This document shows, piece by piece, positions 1-10,002 of a stretch of DNA of 64,000 nucleotides. The stretch comes from a virus: positions 41,973 to 105,972 of the IMG/VR virus record IMGVR_UViG_3300032053_000017. One strand, written 5' to 3'. How positions within the stretch are numbered: position 1 is the stretch's first letter; each line of letters begins with the position of its first letter. Under the pieces are notes generated by a model. The model saw nothing but the letters and a program-made list of their open reading frames with translations, did no database searches and was not told the DNA's origin. The position numbers were made by a program, and so were the translations under genes.

Positions 1-1
1 T

Positions 2-187
2 TGCGCTGTCAACCCGCAGCTGAAGTCGCTAGAGACCTCTGAGGGTCACGGCGACAGTTTTTGGTCGAACGCGTTGATGGTTCAGGCGGCAGCAGATGGG
101 CCGGGGATAACGATTCTGGGCGACGTCAATGAGATCTGGTCGCGTAGTCCAGTTGACCAGTTCAAACGCGGCAATAGACCCGTATGA
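2..187 (+). CDS. Terminase large subunit, C-terminal fragment (truncated by window start)
   Basis: Frame 2 reads ...LKSLETSEGHGDSFWSNALMVQAA...RPV*. HGDSFWSxAL resembles the HxD-F-W-x-x-AL end of the TerL nuclease domain, and the gene lies upstream of the portal. Confidence 0.7.
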   Translation, partial: CAVNPQLKSLETSEGHGDSFWSNALMVQAAADGPGITILGDVNEIWSRSPVDQFKRGNRPV

Positions 188-220
188 GGTTTCTAGATAG
201 GGCACGGTGAGATAGTATAG
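187..220 (+). promoter_or_regulatory. Phage promoter motif copy 1 (AGGTTTC-N19-TAGTAT-AG)
   Basis: Same motif and exact 19-nt spacing found at 7 gene-boundary sites. Confidence 0.75.
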
Positions 221-224
221 TACT

Positions 225-449
225 ATGCCAAATATCAACACGAATCGACGGCATCTTGAGGAGGCGCAGCGGCGCAGAGCTTTGAGGGAACGCGCCGGCA
301 GTCTTGCCGGACGTCGTGGCCAATTCATCAGGTACATGGAGGATAACGGTTTTTCGTCCGAAGCCCGTGAGGCCGAACTTAAGAAGTACGAGGAGCTGGT
401 CGAGCGTCTGGAGGAGCAGGCCGAGTACGAGGCTGTAGATGGACTCTGA
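225..449 (+). CDS. Hypothetical protein (charged, helical)
   Basis: ORF directly after the promoter motif; coupled to the next ORF. Confidence 0.55.
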   Translation: MPNINTNRRHLEEAQRRRALRERAGSLAGRRGQFIRYMEDNGFSSEAREAELKKYEELVERLEEQAEYEAVDGL

Positions 450-756
450 TCACGGCTTTCGGCTTACTTCACCTTTTGCGCGGTCGCGTGAGCGGCCCAA
501 ACTTCCAGTTGAGTTGCTTGACTTGACCGAGGCTGACTATGCTGCGCAGCTGCGGGAGTACGGGTATGGCGAGCGCGCCATCCAGAAGGAGTTGGTCAAG
601 CTGCGGGACTACCTTATCAAGATGACGCCAGTGGACACGACGCCGACTGTGCAGCCCGGTCCCGTTAAGGGTCGGCTGTTCAATGACTGGGCGCGTGCGG
701 CGCGGAGACGGCGGGTACGAAAGGAATACAGCGATGACGAGACGAACGAGCGGTAA
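439..756 (+). CDS. Hypothetical protein
   Basis: Overlapping operon-like ORF. Confidence 0.55.
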   Translation: MDSDHGFRLTSPFARSRERPKLPVELLDLTEADYAAQLREYGYGERAIQKELVKLRDYLIKMTPVDTTPTVQPGPVKGRLFNDWARAARRRRVRKEYSDDETNER

Positions 757-1087
757 GATACCGGGTGTCGGGTATGTGCGCCAGTCTGTTTCTGTTGATG
801 CGCTCCAGATGATCGGGCGGTGGCTGGTGGTTGCGGAGGAGTTCGACAATCCGGTGCAGGCGTCGGGTCTTTTGATTGTTCGCCCTGGCACGCTGAATAC
901 TGTGTTTGGACGGGTGCTGCGTGCTGGCCCAGAGTGTGAGCTTGATGGCGTTAAAGAGGGCGATCGAATCTTGTTTGAACGGTGGGCTGGCGGACGGTGG
1001 GCCTTGAAGGACGCAGAGGGACTTGATGTACGCGTACTTATCATGAGCGCGGACTCGATTGTCGCCCGTGTCGAGGTAACTGATTGA
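734..1087 (+). CDS. GroES/Cpn10-like co-chaperonin 1
   Basis: LQMIGRWLVV..SGLLIV..GRVLRAGP..VKEGDRILFERWAG..LIMSADSIVARV follows the Cpn10 pattern. Confidence 0.75.
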   Translation: MTRRTSGKIPGVGYVRQSVSVDALQMIGRWLVVAEEFDNPVQASGLLIVRPGTLNTVFGRVLRAGPECELDGVKEGDRILFERWAGGRWALKDAEGLDVRVLIMSADSIVARVEVTD

Positions 1088-1797
1088 TGCCGACAGGCGT
1101 ATTTGAACGAACGCCCGAGTTACGCGCACGGATTGGCGCGACTTTGAGGGGTCAGTCAAAGTCTCCTGAGCATTGTACGGCTATCAGTGCTGCTCGGAAG
1201 ACATCTCCTGCGGCTGCTGCGCAGCTGGCGAGACTGCTTATGGATCCTGTGATACGGATGAAGCGAGGTACGTCATTGAGGATGAGCCTAAAGGCTATTG
1301 CTCAACGGGAGATGCTTAATCACGATCCCACAATTATGGCGAGGAGGCGTGAGTCACTGAGGACAAGTCCGAAAGCGAAAGCCCATAATCAAGTCGTGGG
1401 TGCTATGGGCAGGGCGGCCGCACGTCAAGCCCATCCTACTGGTATCGAGTGTATCTTGCGCGAGTTCCTGTTGCCGACGCTCCTGCCTGGGCGGCGTATA
1501 CTTAGCGAGCACCGTATCAAGTGCCCTGCGGATTTTCGCAATCAGCTTATGTATCAGGTCGATGCCTATGTCCCGGCCCTCCGTCTGGTGGTTGAGGCCG
1601 ACGGCGACTATTGGCACGGCCTGCACGACGTGCGGGTTCGCGACTACTACAAGGATGAGTTCTTGCGGACCGACGGTTTCACCGTGGTCCACTTCATGGG
1701 GAATGAGCTCAACGCGTGGGTCGGCGGGCGGGACCCTGGTTCAGAGTTTTGGCGGAAGATAGACATCCTCTTGGCAGTGGTCAGGGAGGAGGAATAA
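1084..1797 (+). CDS. NUMOD3-like + Vsr/DUF559 (PD-(D/E)xK, EDxHD-type) putative homing endonuclease 1
   Basis: KSPEHCTAIS NUMOD3-like motif; VDAYVPALRLVVEADGDYWH..RDYYKDEFLRTDGFTVVHF. Confidence 0.8.
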   Translation: MMPTGVFERTPELRARIGATLRGQSKSPEHCTAISAARKTSPAAAAQLARLLMDPVIRMKRGTSLRMSLKAIAQREMLNHDPTIMARRRESLRTSPKAKAHNQVVGAMGRAAARQAHPTGIECILREFLLPTLLPGRRILSEHRIKCPADFRNQLMYQVDAYVPALRLVVEADGDYWHGLHDVRVRDYYKDEFLRTDGFTVVHFMGNELNAWVGGRDPGSEFWRKIDILLAVVREEE

Positions 1798-1801
1798 CAG
1801 C

Positions 1802-3787
1802 ATGAGCTGGCAGACCTATCTGCGGTCAGTGATGAACCGCGCACTTGTGCCACCGGGTGGACAGAGCCTCGGCGCTGGCCCCAGCTCGTATGGATCGAAC
1901 CTCATGGACTTCCTAGGGGAAAGGATCCAGGCGGGAGGCTCGGGGCTGTCTACTGCGGAGTTTGCGCGTGACGTGATGCTGAAGTCTGCCGCGCACGCTT
2001 CTGGTGGACTCATAGGCATTAACGACTACGGGTTCAAGGGCAAGCGCCAGTACATAGCCGACAGGCGCTACCTGCTGGACCTTTATGTCATACACTACAA
2101 CAACTCTGACATCAGGACGGTGACCACCCACCTTCGGAATGAGATATTCCGGCGCGGCATCGAGTGGGAGCCGGCATTTGAGTGGAAGTGCGGGCAGTGC
2201 GAGAAGGAGTACACTTCGTCTGAGGCTAAGACGATGAAGAATCGCTGCCGTGCGTGCGGTCCTTGGCATAAGGTCGTGGATGGCCAGAAGGTGCTGCTTG
2301 GCGCGGATGGCAAGCCTGTCAGAGACGAGCAGCGACCCGATGGTCGGGTGGCAAAGACAAAGCCGGCACGACCGCCGCTCTATCAGCCAGACGAGCGACA
2401 GAAGAAGCGGTTTGAGGGTTTCTTGACCGAGGCGAACTACTTTGGACAGAGCCTCGAGACCGTTCTCAGGGAGTGCGAGGACGATATCAACACGATCGAT
2501 GATGCGTTCTTGTACTTGCGACCCGAGTACACCATCCGTGCGGAGGATCACCAGGCCGCGATTGAGGGTAAGGATGTCCACCCGCAGAAGACGGTAAGGC
2601 ACATCTTGCGGCTGGACCCGGTATTGATCGAGTATGACCTCGACTACCGTGGCATTCCCGGTATGCGCCATCATCTGTGTGTCTTTCACCGGGAAAACAT
2701 CATGGAGGTCCCGCCTGAGGAGGGATGGGAAGAGGAGTGGAAGGGTAAGTGCGGTGTCTGCGGACTTCAGACGTACCCTGTCTACTACAAGTACAACGAG
2801 CAGTACCTCCAGGGTGGCTATGGATCTGCGCAGACGAAGGTCATGTATCTGCTGCGCGATGAGGTTGTTCACTGGAGTTACTACACGCCGACGGAGCTCT
2901 ATGGATACCCGCCTATCCTGAGCATCTACGAGAAGGCTCTGACGCTTATCGGTATGGACCGGTACGTCTATGATTATTTCTACGAGCGCAAGGTCCCGCA
3001 GGGGATCATAGCGACGGCGACCGACGACCCGCAGGGTATGGAGCAGCGCAAGGCCACGATCGAGGCGCGCATGCGGCAGGACCCCCACTACATCCCCTGG
3101 ATCGCCGTGTCGAGCAAGACCGGCCAGGGGCGGACCGAGTTCGTACGGTTCGCTTACAGTCTCGATGAGCTGAACTACCTTCCGGTCCGTGACGAGATCA
3201 GGGAGCGTATCGCCGGCCTCTACGGCGTGTCCGCCATCTGGATGTCCTCGACCCAGAGCTCGGGCGGGCTCAACAACGAGAGCCAGCAGCTTGTCGTCAT
3301 GAGTCGTGTGGTTGAGGGCAAACAGCGCATCTACCACGAGGCGGTGTTCCCGCCCCTCATCGCCGCGTTTGGCATCACCGATTGGCACCTTCAGCTGCGG
3401 CAGCCGGAGGAGATGTCAGAGTTGGCGGAGATACAGGTACAGACCTCGAAGGCAGCTTGGGCCAGCACTATGGCTAGTATGGGCTTCGGCGTTCGGTACG
3501 ACCAGGGCAAGGACGAGTACGAGATCTTCGGCGAGGTCAAGCCGGCGACAGAGCGTCAGCAGCAACAGGGCGGCGAGGCTGGAGGTCAGCCCGGCGGTGG
3601 AGGCGCAGCGGGCGGTGGACCGCCGGTGCCTGGTACATTTGGGTTGATGCAGAAGTCTGACCCGGGCGCTGAGGAGACGGCTGAGGGCGATATCGATGGG
3701 ATCATCGATGAGCCGCCTCAGGAGCCTATGGACACGCGCGGTGAGGAAGAGGATGTTGTACTGGGTATAGATGATGACCTCTGGTAG
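1802..3787 (+). CDS. Portal protein with Zn-ribbon insertions
   Basis: VVHWSYYTPTELYGYPPILS..YFYERKVPQGII and REIRERIAGLYGVS-type portal motifs; lies between TerL and MuF. Confidence 0.85.
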   Translation: MSWQTYLRSVMNRALVPPGGQSLGAGPSSYGSNLMDFLGERIQAGGSGLSTAEFARDVMLKSAAHASGGLIGINDYGFKGKRQYIADRRYLLDLYVIHYNNSDIRTVTTHLRNEIFRRGIEWEPAFEWKCGQCEKEYTSSEAKTMKNRCRACGPWHKVVDGQKVLLGADGKPVRDEQRPDGRVAKTKPARPPLYQPDERQKKRFEGFLTEANYFGQSLETVLRECEDDINTIDDAFLYLRPEYTIRAEDHQAAIEGKDVHPQKTVRHILRLDPVLIEYDLDYRGIPGMRHHLCVFHRENIMEVPPEEGWEEEWKGKCGVCGLQTYPVYYKYNEQYLQGGYGSAQTKVMYLLRDEVVHWSYYTPTELYGYPPILSIYEKALTLIGMDRYVYDYFYERKVPQGIIATATDDPQGMEQRKATIEARMRQDPHYIPWIAVSSKTGQGRTEFVRFAYSLDELNYLPVRDEIRERIAGLYGVSAIWMSSTQSSGGLNNESQQLVVMSRVVEGKQRIYHEAVFPPLIAAFGITDWHLQLRQPEEMSELAEIQVQTSKAAWASTMASMGFGVRYDQGKDEYEIFGEVKPATERQQQQGGEAGGQPGGGGAAGGGPPVPGTFGLMQKSDPGAEETAEGDIDGIIDEPPQEPMDTRGEEEDVVLGIDDDLW

Positions 3788-4649
3788 TCCTGGTCCTCGG
3801 TACACATTGTATCCCGGCGTGCGGGATATTGCTCAGAGCCTCGAGAGTGTGCTCGGTGATGCGTACACCGGGCTTCTAGACAAGATCGTCGAGGATTGGC
3901 GTGCTCAGGGGGGCATGCTGACTCCGACGCTTGCTCGGCAGATCGTTGAGAGAGAACTGCTTGAGTGGCCGATGATCACGGCGGGGCAGTACGCTGGACT
4001 GATCGACGATATCTTCATCGCCGGGTTCATGGTCGGGATCGCAGACACGGGTGTACGCGTAGGACCTGACCATGGTGATGCGATGGCTCTGGACTGGATC
4101 AAGAGTAACCAGCATGGGTTCATCCCGGCGTTGCAGCGGTTCGCGGATGATGAGCGGAAGTTCTTCGAGGATGTGCTTGGGGACGCATACAAGGGGGTTG
4201 ACCGCGAGGGTCGTATACGTCCGTTTGACCTCGACGACATGACCAGGCGAGTTCAGGAGCATACGCAAGCCACTAAGTCGAGCATCGAGCGGGTGGTACG
4301 CACTGAGACTGCTAAGGTTACATCGCTGGGCAGGATCGCGGCCTGGGATAACGACCCTGACAAATACCTCTATGATTATCACTGGGTAGCGACCCACGAC
4401 GACAGGACGAAGGACGTTTCGCTCCTCTTTGAGCGTGAGGGGCCGTACGAGTTCGACGGCATCAAGCAGCGGTGGACCGAGGACCACAATAAGCCGTGGC
4501 CGGTCATTAACAGGCACACCAACAAGCTTGAGTATCAGACATCGGCGTTCAACTGTCGCTGTACGGCGGCCAGAGCGCCTAAGTCCCCAGATACGCTGCT
4601 CGCACAGGGGCTCATCACCCATGAGCAGTATGAGGCGATGACCACTTAA
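3771..4649 (+). CDS. MuF / SPP1 gp7-like minor head protein
   Basis: ERVVRTET, YHWVATHDDRT and FNCRCT motifs; follows the portal. Confidence 0.85.
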   Translation: MMTSGSPGPRYTLYPGVRDIAQSLESVLGDAYTGLLDKIVEDWRAQGGMLTPTLARQIVERELLEWPMITAGQYAGLIDDIFIAGFMVGIADTGVRVGPDHGDAMALDWIKSNQHGFIPALQRFADDERKFFEDVLGDAYKGVDREGRIRPFDLDDMTRRVQEHTQATKSSIERVVRTETAKVTSLGRIAAWDNDPDKYLYDYHWVATHDDRTKDVSLLFEREGPYEFDGIKQRWTEDHNKPWPVINRHTNKLEYQTSAFNCRCTAARAPKSPDTLLAQGLITHEQYEAMTT

Positions 4650-4680
4650 GAGGTATTCTATCTCTGGAGGGAGACTGATT

Positions 4681-6039
4681 TTGGAGATTTTCTGGACCGA
4701 GGAACGAAAGCGGGCGCTGGCCGACTGCGTGGGCACAGAACAGATGCGCGCAGCATTTCCTGACCATGACCTTCATTATCTTGTCCAGCGACGCGCGCTA
4801 TTTCGAAGGCAGCTGAAGGCACGCGGCGAGACGGTGCCAGAGGGGCGCAAGAGTCGGGCGTATGTCGCCGTAGAGGGCAGAGCGGTGGTGGAAGGGTCAG
4901 TGGATCAAGACATACTGATGTTGAAGGATCAGCGCATTGACCTGTTGACAACTGTCAACAAAACTCTTAAGGCTAAGCTGGCGCATGCCATCGGCGACAA
5001 GTCTGTGCTTGAGGCGCTGCGCTATACGTCTGATGAGGAGGCCAAACTGGTTCGCGCGAGTTTCGCCTCGTTGGGTTCCTCTGAACTGCCGATCCCAAAC
5101 ATCATCCACAAGCACCCTCAGGACGCGGTGCTGTTCGAGAGCTGCCTCCACTACGGTGAGGTGGTGTCGCTGGCTGAGACTGGCGGGATCAGCAGCTATG
5201 ATATCCCGACGGCCCAGGCCGCGTACCAGGTCTTGACTGAGGCAACGCTGGACCTACTGCGTAATCACCATTCAGGCGAGCAGTTCGAGACGGTGTGGGT
5301 TATCGACGTGGGCGACAACGTGTCGGGCGACATCCATGATGAGTTGAAGATCACGAATGAGCGGCCTATTGTCAGTCAGGTCAAGGGGGCGGCGCTGCTG
5401 AAGTCGCTGCAGTTGCGCGATATAGCCCGGCACTTCAAGCGCGTAGTGTTCGTAGGACTGCCGGGTAACCACGCGCGGACTACGCGCAAGCCCAGCTTCA
5501 AGCAGAAGTCTGAGGACTCGTTCGACCGTGCGGTATACGAGGACATGGCGCTGCTACTGTCGCAGATCCCGAACGTTGAGATGCGCATTCCGCGGTCGTC
5601 TCGCGAGGTCGTTAACATCAACGGGCACAACTTCATGTTTGAGCATGGGGACAGTATCCCGTCCTGGATGGGCATTCCCTTCTATGGTGCCCAGCGCGAG
5701 GACGCTAAGTTGACCAAGCTCTACACCAACTATTTCAACCAGGGGTTCCGTTACTTTGGGTTCGGGCACTTCCATCAGGTGGGGTTCCTTCAGACGCCGG
5801 GCGGTGGTGAGATGATCATGACTGGCTCGCCGAAGGGCGGTGATGAGTTCTCGTTGGGCAGACTTTCGACTGCGTCACAGCCTTCACAGATCCTGTTTGG
5901 GGTGCATCCGACGCGTGGGGTATCATTCAGGTACCCGTTGGACTTGAGCACCCGTGATCCGGAGATACATACGGAATACCAGTTTGAGCTGTCAGACATG
6001 ACTCTGCTGGAAGCCGCAAAGGGGCTTGGGTTGCTGTAG
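4681..6039 (+). CDS. Calcineurin-like metallophosphoesterase
   Basis: SCLHYG, GDNVSGDIH, GNHAR, HGD and GHFH motifs in canonical order. Confidence 0.85.
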   Translation: MEIFWTEERKRALADCVGTEQMRAAFPDHDLHYLVQRRALFRRQLKARGETVPEGRKSRAYVAVEGRAVVEGSVDQDILMLKDQRIDLLTTVNKTLKAKLAHAIGDKSVLEALRYTSDEEAKLVRASFASLGSSELPIPNIIHKHPQDAVLFESCLHYGEVVSLAETGGISSYDIPTAQAAYQVLTEATLDLLRNHHSGEQFETVWVIDVGDNVSGDIHDELKITNERPIVSQVKGAALLKSLQLRDIARHFKRVVFVGLPGNHARTTRKPSFKQKSEDSFDRAVYEDMALLLSQIPNVEMRIPRSSREVVNINGHNFMFEHGDSIPSWMGIPFYGAQREDAKLTKLYTNYFNQGFRYFGFGHFHQVGFLQTPGGGEMIMTGSPKGGDEFSLGRLSTASQPSQILFGVHPTRGVSFRYPLDLSTRDPEIHTEYQFELSDMTLLEAAKGLGLL

Positions 6040-6042
6040 ATC

Positions 6043-6345
6043 ATGGTTGAGGAGAACGCGGTACAATTTTCGCCAGAGGAACTGCTCTACTACCTCTACC
6101 TGAAGCGGCGGCGCAAGGCTGGGGAAGTTGGCTCGCGTATGACCATGGGTGATGTTGTTGTGGCGCACAACAAGCTTCGTGCTTTACTGGGTGACGGCAT
6201 GACCATATCCGAGGAGGGAGATGTAAGCTCGGTGAAGAGCACGGCGGGGCCGCTACAGGTCGAGATGACTGAGGAGATGCAGGCGCTCTGTGATCTGCTT
6301 TACGTTGAGATCTCGAGCGAGCAGGGAGGGGAGGATGCCCCTTGA
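6043..6345 (+). CDS. Hypothetical protein
   Basis: Operon-coupled ORF. Confidence 0.55.
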   Translation: MVEENAVQFSPEELLYYLYLKRRRKAGEVGSRMTMGDVVVAHNKLRALLGDGMTISEEGDVSSVKSTAGPLQVEMTEEMQALCDLLYVEISSEQGGEDAP

Positions 6346-6757
6346 GAATAGACTCGTACGCGCGATGACCCGTGGCCTGCAGGACTTTGGTGAGGCCGTG
6401 TTTCTCCTCTCGCAGCAGCCTGGCTACGTTCCAGTAGATAAGGGCACACTGAAGAAAAGCGGGGTTTTCAGGTTGCTGCCCAATGGTTTTGAGATCGTGT
6501 ACCGCACTCCGTATGCGGCGCCAGTTCATTTTGGGGTTCCTGAGCATGATGAGACGGTTCGACGGCATTGGGTGCGTCCTTTCAGAAGGATCAAGCCACG
6601 TTCAACGCTGGTGCACGGGCACTTCCGGGGTCCGTTTGGACGGCACATGAGCACACGGGAAGCTCGGCCCTGGCTGCAGAACGCTGTTGACAGTCTATAT
6701 CCAGAGATCGGCAAATACTTGAAACGGCGACTCGTCATTGAGTTCCAAGGGCGGTAA
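6335..6757 (+). CDS. HK97 gp10-like / minor capsid-neck protein
   Basis: VPVDKGTLKKSG..YRTPYAAPVHFG..RPWLQNAV. Confidence 0.75.
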   Translation: MPLENRLVRAMTRGLQDFGEAVFLLSQQPGYVPVDKGTLKKSGVFRLLPNGFEIVYRTPYAAPVHFGVPEHDETVRRHWVRPFRRIKPRSTLVHGHFRGPFGRHMSTREARPWLQNAVDSLYPEIGKYLKRRLVIEFQGR

Positions 6758-6758
6758 G

Positions 6759-6959
6759 ATGGCAGCCAGGCAACGTCGATATCGTAAGGCTACAGTGTCC
6801 GCGCGGGTGCTCGCTGCTGAGCTAGCTGCCGCGGTCCGCAAGTATGTGGTGCCTGCCGAAAGTGGTCCGAGGAAAAAGACATTCAGGCGTATCAATCCGC
6901 TCAATCTGCCAGACGACGCTGGCGCAAGCTACGGCAGTAACTACGGACCTGTCTCGTAG
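6759..6959 (+). CDS. Hypothetical basic protein
   Basis: Coupled ORF. Confidence 0.45.
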   Translation: MAARQRRYRKATVSARVLAAELAAAVRKYVVPAESGPRKKTFRRINPLNLPDDAGASYGSNYGPVS

Positions 6960-6974
6960 GGGAAGGGGTAGTAC

Positions 6975-7433
6975 TTGAGACTCATCGGACTTGACTTATC
7001 GACGAAGAAGATCGCGATAGCTGTATATGACGGCGAGGGTACCGTCCCGCGGTTCGTAGAGGTGGTTGCACGCGGCAGACACGCCACCGATAGGCTGGAC
7101 GCTCTTCTGGTGAACTTCCGCAACCAACTTGCACAGCTTAAGCCGGTGTGGGGCGCATTCATCGAGGACGTCTCGTTTGTCAGGAGTCGTCGCGCTGAGC
7201 TGGACCTGGCACAGGTCTTAGGCGGGGTGAAGGCGCACTTGATTGAGGCCGGGATCACCTACATAGCAGTCAACAACATGACCTGGAAGCATGATCTGGG
7301 ACTCGGGGGGCGAGCGTCCAAGACTAACATCGCCGAGTACGTCAGTGAGCGTTGGCTCGGCTTGGTGGTGCCGAGTCAAGACTGTGCTGACGCGCTTTGT
7401 GTGCTTGAGTGGGGGGTTCTGCAAGATGGGTAA
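6975..7433 (+). CDS. ruvC: RuvC-like Holliday junction resolvase
   Basis: IGLDLST, FIEDV, TWKHDLGLGGRASK and QDCADAL catalytic motifs. Confidence 0.85.
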   Translation: MRLIGLDLSTKKIAIAVYDGEGTVPRFVEVVARGRHATDRLDALLVNFRNQLAQLKPVWGAFIEDVSFVRSRRAELDLAQVLGGVKAHLIEAGITYIAVNNMTWKHDLGLGGRASKTNIAEYVSERWLGLVVPSQDCADALCVLEWGVLQDG

Positions 7434-8222
7434 GAATGCACAGAGGCGGCGGGAGGTTAAGGCCGCACGGCCTGCAGGGGTGGCGAGCGTGCTTATCCCT
7501 CTACGGGGGAGCCGGGCGCTGCGTCGGAGATTTGATCGGGTGATGCATAACGCGATTACGCGCGAGATGCGGCGTGCACAGCGTAGACACGTAGTGGAGG
7601 AGACCGATGGTGACGGCAGTAAAGCCAAAGCCCCAGACGGTCCAGACGATCAGAGTTCCGGTTGAGCTCAACAGAGTCGTAGATCGGGACCGGTTCTTCA
7701 TCTTTGTCGCTGACCTGCTGACAGCTCTCGTAGATCGGCGCGAGAAGTACGCCATGCTGGCGGCCGGTAGGGGTCAGATGACTGTATTTCTAGGCGACCA
7801 CGAGTACGACGTGCGCAACGCTCAGCGTCCCAAGGAGAGGTAAGATGCCAGACGATGAGTCGGCCTACACTATGGAGTTCGACGAGATCCTTGCCCTTCT
7901 GAATGGCCCGCAGGAGTCATTTCCTGAACTGCGCGGGCAGGCGGAGGCGTTGATGCTCGGCAAGTATGACGAGATGATTCATCAGGTCGCTCATCATATG
8001 CTGCTCTTGGGTATGGTAGCTCCCACCCGCTGCGACATCATGCAGCCCGTGCTGTACACGATGATCGTTTTCGGTTACATACTTGGTGCGACAGGCGCGA
8101 AACTGTCTCCTGATGAGGAGGGCGCGGAGCCGAAGCGCATCATGAGCGGTGAGGAGCTGGGCAAGCTACTGGGTGACCTTGATTTGAATCTGGAGTCAGA
8201 CAGTGAGGAGAAAATAGAATGA
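7426..8222 (+). CDS. Run of three small hypothetical ORFs (7426-7665, 7607-7843, 7845-8222)
   Basis: Tightly packed ORFs, SD sites visible for at least two. Confidence 0.5.
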
Positions 8223-8560
8223 CGGCTGTATACACGCCGATCGACAACCGGGTGTTGGTAGAGGTTGTCCGTCCCAGTGCGGAGACTGTCGGGGGAATCT
8301 TTATCCCTGAGTCGGCGCAGGAGATCTCGGCTGTCGGAATAGTGCTGGCGCGCGGCCCACTGGCGTACGAGGCCATCGTAGTAGGTGCTCGCGTGCTCTT
8401 TCATCCGCTCTTGGTTGATGAGGCATGGGATGAGGATGGCAGGCGGCTGGCGTTCATGCTCGATGATAACATCTACGCGGTCATAGCAGACGCCTATGAT
8501 GGTACTGGGAGGATCCCTGACACACTGCCAGGAACACTGTTGAGTGATAAAGGAGAATAG
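8219..8560 (+). CDS. groES: GroES/Cpn10-like co-chaperonin 2
   Basis: PIDNRVLVEVV..ETVGGIFIPESAQE..GIVLARGP..VVGARVLF. Confidence 0.85.
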   Translation: MTAVYTPIDNRVLVEVVRPSAETVGGIFIPESAQEISAVGIVLARGPLAYEAIVVGARVLFHPLLVDEAWDEDGRRLAFMLDDNIYAVIADAYDGTGRIPDTLPGTLLSDKGE

Positions 8561-8562
8561 CG

Positions 8563-8952
8563 GTGCAGGTTGAGCTGGTAACACTTCTGGGTATCTTTGC
8601 GGCGGCGTGCGCGGTCAACCAGATCTCGCACCTGATCTTGGAGGGAAGCCTGTTCGCAGGGCTGCGGCGGTGGGCGGAGCAGAAGGAGTTCGTGCGCGAG
8701 GGGCCCGGGGTGAAGGGCATAGCGCTGCGTGAGAAGAGAGGCCTCTTTTCATCATACATCCGCGGGTTGTTTGACTGTCGGCTCTGCTTCGCGCAGGAGG
8801 TCGCCGTCGCGGTGACGTGGGCGACACTCGCGCTGGCGTATTCGGTTGACCCGGGGTTGACAAGCTGGCAGGGCTGGGCGGGAGCTGCAGTCTTTGGCCC
8901 GTTCATTGTCGGTGGTGTTGACTGGATTCTCAACGCATGCAGGGAGAACTAG
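8563..8952 (+). CDS. Membrane protein, DUF1360-like
   Basis: Hydrophobic helices and GLFDCRLC (LxxCxxC) motif. Confidence 0.55.
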   Translation: MQVELVTLLGIFAAACAVNQISHLILEGSLFAGLRRWAEQKEFVREGPGVKGIALREKRGLFSSYIRGLFDCRLCFAQEVAVAVTWATLALAYSVDPGLTSWQGWAGAAVFGPFIVGGVDWILNACREN

Positions 8953-9212
8953 TAGTGGACAGCGTGCCCGTCGGTTCGATAGTCGAGATAACCTGGTGCG
9001 ACTCCGCGCAGCACATGCTGGAGTGGGCGACAGTTAAGGAGGCCGTGGGGTTTCCTCTAGCGACCGTCTACTCGGTCGGTTATCTTCTACTGGTGGACGA
9101 CGAGAAGATCGTGCTTGCATCGGATAAAGATGGAGACGATGACGTTAAGAACTTCACTGTCATCCCGCGCGGGTGCGTGCTTATGCTTAGCGCATTGGGG
9201 GTGGCAGAGTGA
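8937..9212 (+). CDS. Conserved small phage protein
   Basis: IVEITWCDS..W..SVGYLL..IVLAS..IPRGCV pattern, recalled as common in phages. Confidence 0.6.
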   Translation: MQGELVVDSVPVGSIVEITWCDSAQHMLEWATVKEAVGFPLATVYSVGYLLLVDDEKIVLASDKDGDDDVKNFTVIPRGCVLMLSALGVAE

Positions 9213-10000
9213 TGGGTGTGCTGGTGAGGACCCTAGTCACGGAGACAAAGGACGGACTTGTTTCCTACGTTACTCAGGAGACGGCCGACCGTATCAAGGC
9301 TGACGGGTTTACAGTTGTCCACCCGCTGGTCCATTTCAAGATCCATGTCAACCCTTTGACAAGGGGTTTCTTATCCGTAGTGACGCCAGAAGACGTTATG
9401 GCGCTGTTCGTGAAGCCATAATAATGCGGTACCTGCTGCGCATCAAGGTCGATAGTCAGCCTGTTCTGTACGTTGATACCCACGGTAAGGCGCACTGGGT
9501 TGACCTTGAGAAACTGCAAGGTTTCTGCGAACGTTTTCTTACGGCCACCATCATCGAGTCAGCTCGCCGTGGGCCGGCGACCGAACTGACAGACACGTCG
9601 GCTATAGATATGGATCTACGTTCGGTGGGACTACCTACAGATGGTTCCCGGGCCAGCGTGGTGCTGGGCTTCGGGGTGGAGGACCGTCGTGCGCTCTAGG
9701 CTTCCCTTTATCAGACCGCTGTCGCAGGGAATCGCTGAACATGTGGGTTTGACCTGGTTTTTGAGCTTCGGGGGCATAGCGCTTGCTATCATGGGGCAGC
9801 TGCGTCTCGCCGGCTTGGCATGGTTCGGGCTGGGGGCTGGCGCGGTGGGCGTCGCCTTCGCGCGGGCGACTGGTACCGAGGACCTCAGGTTTATGAATGT
9901 GCGCCGGCATCTGGACGAGAAGGAGGTCGACTTCCTTCTTGGACATCTGCCATTTCTAGTCTTCGGGCTGCTTGCTCTGCTGCACAGGGAGGATAGGTAG
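9209..10000 (+). CDS. Three small ORFs (9209-9421, 9424-9699, ~9688-10000 membrane protein)
   Basis: Coupled ORFs; the last is hydrophobic. Confidence 0.5.
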
Positions 10001-10002
10001 AC

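Noticed and set aside
1913-3388. Long antisense ORFs (also 32079-33161, 33348-34460, 36174-37403, 60708-61676)
   Set aside because: They are shadow ORFs of GC-rich sense genes that carry clear motifs.
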